Below are positions 58,441 to 64,000 of a stretch of DNA of 64,000 bases, piece by piece. The first letter of the stretch is position 1; the number at the start of each line of letters is the position of its first letter. This DNA is from Vicinamibacterales bacterium (lineage in GTDB: Bacteria; Acidobacteriota; Vicinamibacteria; Vicinamibacterales; 2-12-FULL-66-21). The stretch lies in NCBI GenBank assembly GCA_035492775.1, contig DATJIW010000054.1:1749-65748 (forward strand), in the 5' to 3' direction. The notes beneath the pieces were generated by a model. That model saw nothing but the letters and a program-made list of their open reading frames with translations, was not told where the DNA came from and made no database searches. The position numbers and the translations under genes are program-made.

Positions 58441-60941
58441 GACATGCCGCTCCACATGATCAGTACGGCCTTGACGTCGACGTGCTCTTCGAGCATGCAC
58501 GCGCGACGGAGTCGTTCGAGCCGCCGGTCGGCCTCGTGCTGCCGGTCTCGACGCTCGGTTTCTACGACGGCGTCGTCCCGCTCGGCTCGGTTGTCGAAGA
58601 GTCCGCGCTGGAGCTGTGGTGACGGCGCGTCCGTCGCGTTGAGCGCAATCTCACGGTCAATCTGAGACGTAGTCGCTTCGAAATACTCCGAGCGCGATGT
58701 CTCCCGAATCTGCGCCAGGTCAGCGAGGACGCAGCGCCGAATGCGATCGCGATTTGTGTCGATGAACGCGATAGCGAGTTCCCGCGCATCCGAGGCGTGT
58801 GCAGGCATTTTCGGCACTGCATCGGCGTGCAGCGCGCCGGTTCGACATGCGATGAGCCGTCCCGTGGGTTCTCGGAGCGTCCACTGTGCGACGACGAAGA
58901 ATCCGCACGGCAGCGCAGTCGTTGCCTGAAGGGACGAGATGACGATTTGGGATGCCGGTTTCGACAGCCGCGAACGCACGTCTGGGGCTCCGAGTGAAGC
59001 CAGGGTGAGCAGCCGTTCGGCCTCTTTGAGCGCCGTATCGGGAATGGGCGATGTCGCAACGGCTCCGCGGTCTGGACTGACATCCGGAACGCCGTCCCCG
59101 CCGATGACGACGCCTGCAATTCGTACCTCGTCCAGCAGCGCCGCAAGAGGGTCGCCGGGACCGAGCGTCCGGGTTACCCGCTGAAGCCGTCGAGTGATGT
59201 TGGCGATGACGAGATCTTCAGCGGTGTCACGCGCGACGAGAGTAGCCGCGTGCACCGGCCGCCGCTGGCCGAGGCGGTCGACCCGGCCTATGCGCTGCTC
59301 GAGCCGTGCGGGGTTCCACGGCAGCTCGAAATTGACGACGAGGCGGCAGCACTGATGAAGGTTCAGTCCATGGGCTGCCGCATCGGTCGCGAAAAGGAGG
59401 CCACCTCTTACGTTGAATGCCGATTGCACGTTGTCGCGTTCGGCCGGCGTCATACCGCCGTGAAGCCGCAGCGCCGATGGAAAGGCGCCGGCGAGATCGG
59501 ACATCGTGTCGCGGAATTCCGTGAAGACGACTGCGGACTCCGCGCCGATCCGCCGCAGCAGTCGTCTCAAATATCGGGATTTCGAGTCGGCCATGGCGGC
59601 TTCGTCTGCCGCGAGGACCAGCCTCTCCAGCCAGCGCATCTCGCGCGCCTGATCCGACATGCCGGGTGCGCTGAGGGCGCCCGAAGGCTCATCGTCTTCG
59701 GATTCGATATCGCCGCCGAAGAGTGTCAACTGAATCGCCGGGACGGCCGCGACTGTCAAGAACCGTTGACGCCGTCGTAACGACCTCGCGAGCGCCGCGG
59801 CCGAGGAGAGGGCGCGCTTTCGCAGGACGATCGCCGCGAGTCGTCCTTCGGGCGACGGCGCCCGCGCCCACACTTCGTGGCAGTACCGCTCGAGCATCCG
59901 TTGAAGACGGCCTTCCAGATCGGTGAGCCGGACTCGTACGAAGCGATGACGACGACGACGTGAGTCGCCGACGTCGTTGCGCGACCGGCGGAACACGACG
60001 ACTGGTGGCGATGTTTTCGTCGCGCCCAGGGACATCAGGGACGCATACGCCGCGTCGTCGCCGGAGAAGGGTGTTGCCGTGACGAGTACTACCGCGCGTG
60101 ATCGCCGGGCGATGGCGGCGACGGCGCTGTGGCGATCGGTCGGCGCAGCTGCGACGTGCGCCTCGTCCACGACGAGAAGATCCCAGGTCAGCGCGCAAGC
60201 CGATGCCAGCACGTCGGACCGCTTCAGATAATCCAGCGACACGACGTACACACCGGGCGGCGTCCATACGTTGATGCCGACCGGAAGGTCGTTCACGGTG
60301 CGCATCAGCCATCGCGCATCAACCTGGTAAGCGTCGATGTCGAAGAGGCGGGAGAGTTCCTGCGCCCACTGAAGTCGAAGACCGGCGGGGACGGCGACGA
60401 GCACGCGGTGCTCGGTGGCGCGCGCCACGGTGTCGGCAATGATCCACCCGGCCTGTGCGGTCTTGCCGAGGCCGACCTCGTCGGCGAGCATGACGCGGCG
60501 TGCCCCGGCCGCCATCGCGAGAGCGGGTGCCAGCTGGTAGGGCAGGATCGCGCGTTCCCGGTTCGCGCTTGCAGTACGTCCCGGTATTTCACGAGCCGAC
60601 GTATCACGACGCGGAGTCAGGAGATGAATCGCGTCGCAGTCACGGGCCGCGAGGTCGCGGATCAGGCGAAGCCAGCGTTCGGGCTCGTGGACCTCATATC
60701 GCGTCGGCTGATGTTCCGCGACCGGTCGATCGAATGGCCAGAGCAGGACGACGACGTCGTCGTCGAGGGAATCGAGGTGAAGTTCGTGGCAGTCGTCGTG
60801 TGGTTCGCAGGTCACCAGCTGCCAGACGCGACCGCGAACCAGGACGCGGGCGCCGGGCTCGATGCCCGGTGGCAACGGCTGCAACACCCGATCGCGTGCG
60901 CGATGGGAGTTTTTGCCACCCGAATCGATATCCACGGGCAT
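58437..60941 (-). CDS. SNF2/RapA-family DEAH helicase-like ATPase
   Basis: Motif I LADEVGLGKTAQAG, motif II LLVVDEAH, motif III VTATPFSG, motif V FATDAAAHGLNL and motif VI NFELPWNPARLEQRIGRVDRLGQ. It has an approximately 150-aa N-terminal and an approximately 270-aa C-terminal region of unknown function. Confidence 0.9.
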   Translation of the reverse strand: MPVDIDSGGKNSHRARDRVLQPLPPGIEPGARVLVRGRVWQLVTCEPHDDCHELHLDSLDDDVVVLLWPFDRPVAEHQPTRYEVHEPERWLRLIRDLAARDCDAIHLLTPRRDTSAREIPGRTASANRERAILPYQLAPALAMAAGARRVMLADEVGLGKTAQAGWIIADTVARATEHRVLVAVPAGLRLQWAQELSRLFDIDAYQVDARWLMRTVNDLPVGINVWTPPGVYVVSLDYLKRSDVLASACALTWDLLVVDEAHVAAAPTDRHSAVAAIARRSRAVVLVTATPFSGDDAAYASLMSLGATKTSPPVVVFRRSRNDVGDSRRRRHRFVRVRLTDLEGRLQRMLERYCHEVWARAPSPEGRLAAIVLRKRALSSAAALARSLRRRQRFLTVAAVPAIQLTLFGGDIESEDDEPSGALSAPGMSDQAREMRWLERLVLAADEAAMADSKSRYLRRLLRRIGAESAVVFTEFRDTMSDLAGAFPSALRLHGGMTPAERDNVQSAFNVRGGLLFATDAAAHGLNLHQCCRLVVNFELPWNPARLEQRIGRVDRLGQRRPVHAATLVARDTAEDLVIANITRRLQRVTRTLGPGDPLAALLDEVRIAGVVIGGDGVPDVSPDRGAVATSPIPDTALKEAERLLTLASLGAPDVRSRLSKPASQIVISSLQATTALPCGFFVVAQWTLREPTGRLIACRTGALHADAVPKMPAHASDARELAIAFIDTNRDRIRRCVLADLAQIRETSRSEYFEATTSQIDREIALNATDAPSPQLQRGLFDNRAERDDAVVETERRDRQHEADRRLERLRRACMLEEHVDVKAVLIMWSGMS

Positions 60942-60992
60942 GTTGCGGCGGCCGATCCGTCAGCCGTCTGCCCTTGGCAATCCCCGTACCGT

Positions 60993-61073
60993 GAAAAGGG
61001 GACAGTCCCCATTTTTCGCAAAAAATGGGGACTGTCCCCTTTTTTTGCGAAAAATGGGGGCTGTCCCCTTTTT
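60993..61073. repeat. REP cluster 3: three tandem palindromic units (GAAAAGGGGACAGTCCCCATTTTTC / GCAAAAAATGGGGACTGTCCCCTTTTTTTGC / GAAAAATGGGGGCTGTCCCCTTTTTAC)
   Basis: Read directly. Same family as the clusters at 21279 and 22071. It abuts the stop codon (61072-61074) of the upstream gene and lies 52 nt upstream of the helicase start. Confidence 0.85.
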
Positions 61074-62811
61074 ACGCGCCGGAGTTCAGCGAGCGCGATT
61101 CGGCGAGCGCCCGGCGAGACAGGATCACGGGGCCGGTCTGGCCGTCCGGACGACGACGGTCGCGGCTGGCCGCCACGCGGACGCGACGGATCCGAACGCC
61201 ACGTGCATAGGCGACGCCCGCAATATGCGGCGGAACCGCGAGGCGCTCGATGATCTCCCGCATGTCGCTGCCCGGCCGACGCTCCTCTTCGCCCTTGTTC
61301 TCCAGCCGCGCCCACGACGCCAGCGGACCGAGATTCGGCGGCGCCTTCTTCGGCGCCGGTACCGGCGCCTCCGCGACACGCATCGGCTGCTCCGTCGTGT
61401 CGAGGTCATCGTCCGCTTCGACTTCGATCGTTGCCCGCACCGCCGTATCGGGCGGCTCCATCGCACTGACGGGCTCATCAGCCAGACAGTTCAGATCGAT
61501 TTCCTCCTCGTCCGACACATCCGCGTGTGCGGCGGCGGCGGCGATCGGAAGCGCCGTCGAAGCGACGGGGTCAGCGTGCGGTGTCTCGTCAGGAACGACG
61601 TACTCGATCGAGATTTCATCTGCCGCCGCTCGAGCGCCTTCTACAGGGTCTATGGTGAACAGCTCTGATGCGATGTCGGCGATCGGATCCGGCGAAAACT
61701 CGATAGACGGCAACTGCAGACGCCCGTATGCCTCGATTTCCTCCGGAGTCGCGATGACGCGCTCATCGAATTGAAGGCTCTCGACGGCCTCATCGATCTC
61801 GGTCAGCTGCGGTGTGGCGCTCGAATCGATCGCCGATTCCACCGTCGTGAAGTCTACGGGCAGCTCCGTCACGCCCAGCGACTCCGGCAATGATTCCGGC
61901 AATGATTCCGGCGCAACGCCGGTGGGCGGTACGAATGTCTCGAACAGCTCCGGTGTTTCGGTCCGTTCTCCAGATTCGAGCAGGTGATCGGCCGGAAGAA
62001 GCGCAGATTCGATCGGCTCGGACTTCGCAGCTGTGTATTCGATCGGCGGGGGCTCGTACGCCGCCGGCTCCGGCGGCGCGCTCGCGGTCATGTCGATCTC
62101 CGGCACAGCGGCTTCGAGCGGGTGACCGGGCAGAGATGACGGCTCGAGCAGATGCGCCGCAACGGCATCGTCATCCCGGGCGAGCACCGGTTCAACTGGA
62201 TTCACCGACGCGGCAGCTTTCGGCTCCAGAGGAGCAGCCGCGGCCGCCGCACCGTCGCTTCGGCGCCACTCGAACGGAGAGTCCCATGACGTTGTCGCGC
62301 TCGGCGGCGGCACGTCTCCGTCCTCGCTCTTCGGCGGCGGGGCGACAGGCTTGATCGGCGAAGCTGCGGGCCGATACTGCAGTTCTTCGGCGCGCTCCCT
62401 GCGCTTCTGCTCGGCCTGCTCCAGGAAGACGCGGATTTCCTGCGCGAACAGATCGGGGTCGCATCCCGCGACGGCAGGCGCCGCTTCCTTCCTCCGGCGG
62501 AACGCTTTCAGCAGCCCGCGTCCCGCACCTGGGGCATCGTCCGCGCCGGCCGAGGCCAGCTGCGGGATCGTATGCGTCTGCAGGTGCTCCGCTCCCTGCA
62601 GCCCGCGCAGGTGCGCCACCAGTTCGTCTTCGGCGCGCGGCGACAGAAGCGCGCTGAGCAGCATCACGTCCGGTACCGCGGAGCGCATCGCTTCGAGCGC
62701 AGCCTCACGCGAGTCGACGATGACGACGTCCGCTTTCACTTTCTCGCGGACGATGCGGGTCAGGATTTCCGCCTGTCGGAGGTCGGGTTCGATCGCAAGA
62801 ACGAGCGCCAC
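61072..62811 (-). CDS. Receiver-domain-like protein (phospho-acceptor position not Asp) with a long acidic/Pro-rich disordered region and a small basic C-terminal domain
   Basis: GTG start directly after the upstream stop. N-terminus ALVLAIEPDLRQAEILTRIVREKVKADVVIVDSREAALEAMRSAVPDVMLLSALLSP resembles CheY-like receivers, but reads LLS where receivers have LLD. About 350 aa are low-complexity. Confidence 0.6.
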   Translation of the reverse strand: MALVLAIEPDLRQAEILTRIVREKVKADVVIVDSREAALEAMRSAVPDVMLLSALLSPRAEDELVAHLRGLQGAEHLQTHTIPQLASAGADDAPGAGRGLLKAFRRRKEAAPAVAGCDPDLFAQEIRVFLEQAEQKRRERAEELQYRPAASPIKPVAPPPKSEDGDVPPPSATTSWDSPFEWRRSDGAAAAAAPLEPKAAASVNPVEPVLARDDDAVAAHLLEPSSLPGHPLEAAVPEIDMTASAPPEPAAYEPPPIEYTAAKSEPIESALLPADHLLESGERTETPELFETFVPPTGVAPESLPESLPESLGVTELPVDFTTVESAIDSSATPQLTEIDEAVESLQFDERVIATPEEIEAYGRLQLPSIEFSPDPIADIASELFTIDPVEGARAAADEISIEYVVPDETPHADPVASTALPIAAAAAHADVSDEEEIDLNCLADEPVSAMEPPDTAVRATIEVEADDDLDTTEQPMRVAEAPVPAPKKAPPNLGPLASWARLENKGEEERRPGSDMREIIERLAVPPHIAGVAYARGVRIRRVRVAASRDRRRPDGQTGPVILSRRALAESRSLNSGA

Positions 62812-63075
62812 TCAGCTCCTCAACATGAATACGGTGAGCACGGTACCCACGGTAGCGAAGATCACCATCGGCGAATTGTCGATTGTCTGATATCGCGCCG
62901 ACACCCAGAGCGCGTGGCCGACGTCGCCGAGTCGATGGTCGAACGGCGATATGCTCCCGGGCGAAAACAGATCCGACAGCGTGTCGCGCACGCGCGGGTC
63001 GAACATCGTGAGTCCGAACACCACGATGACGAACACGACTGCCGACAGCGCGCTTTCCCGCATTCCAACTTTCAT
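62812..63075 (-). CDS. Small two-TM membrane protein, hypothetical
   Basis: 87 aa. Hydrophobic segments SALSAVVFVIVVFGLTMF and MVIFATVGTVLTVFML. Abuts the downstream gene. Confidence 0.5.
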   Translation of the reverse strand: MKVGMRESALSAVVFVIVVFGLTMFDPRVRDTLSDLFSPGSISPFDHRLGDVGHALWVSARYQTIDNSPMVIFATVGTVLTVFMLRS

Positions 63076-63411
63076 ATCGGCCCCCGTGCCTCGGTTCTCC
63101 CCCGGCGATTCAGCGTCCTTTTATTGGCAAGCGATGTGCCGCTCGATGTGCGGGGAGTGGTCGCGGCTGCAACTGACGCTCCTGCATGCGTTAAGCCGCG
63201 CCGCGGCGCGCGCTGGAGGCGTGCCGGGAACAAGCGGCGCGCGGCGGGGCTCACGAAATTTGCGACGCCGGTTACGGAAGTGGCGGATCGCGCGCCGCTG
63301 CCGCGTGTGCGCAATGGCGCATTTCTGCACCCGTTCCGGCGCCGGTACGGCCCGCAACTGACAGAGCGTCATCGCACTTGCGGCGTGTGCGGCTGACGCG
63401 TCTGCACGCCG

Positions 63412-63426
63412 TGGCATGTCGGTTGC
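63412..63426 (+). promoter_or_regulatory. Candidate sigma-54 promoter TGGCAT-N5-TTGC upstream of flp
   Basis: TGGCATGTCGGTTGC has the exact -24 GG / -12 GC spacing of the consensus TGGCAC-N5-TTGC. It lies 127 nt upstream of the flp1 ATG. Confidence 0.4.
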
Positions 63427-63552
63427 GATTGGGCTCGGCCGTGACGCGGCGCAGTTGCCGCGGCGCGCACAGCAACAACAGACGCGGCACTTGCCGCACT
63501 CCGCATCGCGCCGACACGCGATGCTTTATCACCCTCTCAGGGGGAGGAACTC

Positions 63553-63744
63553 ATGCAGCTCGTGACTTTCGTCCAGTCGATCGTTCGCAACTTCCGCCGC
63601 AACGAGGAGGGCCAGGACCTGCTCGAGTACGCGCTGCTCGTCGCGCTCATCGCGCTCGTCGCGTTCGGCGCCGTGCAGGCCGCGGGCACCAGCGTCAACG
63701 ACATCTTCAACAGCATCGCGACGCAGCTCGCGGGCGTGGCGTAG
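63553..63744 (+). CDS. flp: Flp/Fap family type IVb pilin
   Basis: RBS GGGGGAGGA. 63 aa. Prepilin motif EEGQDLLEYALLVALIALVAFG (G/xxxxEY). Confidence 0.85.
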   Translation: MQLVTFVQSIVRNFRRNEEGQDLLEYALLVALIALVAFGAVQAAGTSVNDIFNSIATQLAGVA

Positions 63745-63761
63745 GTTCGACCACCGGTTCG

Positions 63762-63789
63762 CGCGGGATCGGCGTGGGCCGATCCCGCG
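63762..63789 (+). terminator. 12-bp perfect stem (CGCGGGATCGGC-gtgg-GCCGATCCCGCG) after flp1; candidate attenuator or terminator
   Basis: Read directly. There is no T-tract afterwards. It lies between the two flp genes. Confidence 0.5.
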
Positions 63790-63823
63790 TGCTCGTCGAC
63801 GTCAGGGGGAAGGAGCGGAGGAC

Positions 63824-64000
63824 ATGCAGTCGCCCAGGGCTGTTGCCACGCTGATGAAGCTGGCACAACGCAATTTGCGCAGAGAGGACGGGCAGGACCT
63901 CCTCGAGTACGGCCTGCTGGCCGCGTTGATCGCGCTCTTCGCGCTCGGCGCCGTGGGGACGGTCGGCCAGACGATCTACACGTTGTTCTGGAACCAAATT
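63824..64000 (+). CDS. flp: Second Flp family pilin, 3' end runs off the window
   Basis: Not in the ORF track (no stop in window). My translation is MQSPRAVATLMKLAQRNLRREDGQDLLEYGLLAALIALFALGAVGTVGQTIYTLFWNQI. RBS GGAGCGGAGGA. The start may be the internal MKLAQ. Confidence 0.75.
   Translation, partial: MQSPRAVATLMKLAQRNLRREDGQDLLEYGLLAALIALFALGAVGTVGQTIYTLFWNQI

Noticed and set aside
60993-61073. REP clusters as a possible mini-CRISPR array
   Set aside because: The units are themselves palindromes and abut each other with only 2-3 nt between them, so there are no unique spacers. Adjacent units alternate in orientation, only 2-3 units occur per locus, and no cas genes are present. A RAYT gene explains them.
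1-64000. tRNA, rRNA, riboswitch, integrase or prophage signatures
   Set aside because: No cloverleaf-like or rRNA-like segments, no TPP-riboswitch-like element upstream of thiO (that space is filled by REPs), and no integrase or phage structural genes were recognised. Absence was judged by eye only.

Overview
Visibly GC-rich bacterial chromosomal window. Gene content (DUF1501/DUF1800 pair, Flp pilins, many secreted hydrolases) suggests a soil Acidobacteria/Gemmatimonadota-like organism, but the taxon cannot be proven from the sequence. No rRNA, tRNA or CRISPR array was seen by eye. Many track ORFs are antisense or 5'-extended artefacts of the high GC content; I trimmed starts to conserved N-termini and to ATGA/GTGA stop-start overlaps. 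Content in order:

- A partial GT-C-like membrane protein absent from the ORF track.
- A divergent arginine regulon: argC-argB-argD-GNAT-argJ-argF on the minus strand, facing argR, a degenerate argG-like gene and argH.
- An outer-membrane beta-barrel protein, a PLP decarboxylase and a YihY protein.
- A large M14-like peptidase and a tandem YjbQ-like protein.
- A RAYT transposase flanked by palindromic REP clusters (a REPtron), then thiO.
- A TetR-MFP-RND efflux operon in which the RND permease and the TolC-like outer membrane factor form one continuous 1603-codon ORF.
- A lone BMC-H shell gene co-transcribed with a D-threonine-aldolase-family PLP enzyme.
- DUF1800/DUF1501, two CrtI-like oxidoreductases, and a 17-unit heptanucleotide repeat.
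- A GcvT-like / Rieske oxygenase / APC permease cluster, peptidase and amidohydrolase genes, and panE.
- A minus-strand operon that looks like a cytoplasm-facing SoeABC-type molybdoenzyme (B and C subunits fused) plus a persulfide dioxygenase-rhodanese and a cysteine-dioxygenase-like cupin.
- A translationally coupled SNF2 helicase plus Eco57I/PglX-like N6-adenine methyltransferase pair with no visible nuclease or partner genes. This is the best candidate for an uncharacterised defence or epigenetic module.
- A third REP cluster, a pseudo-receiver protein, and tandem flp pilin genes behind a sigma-54-like promoter.
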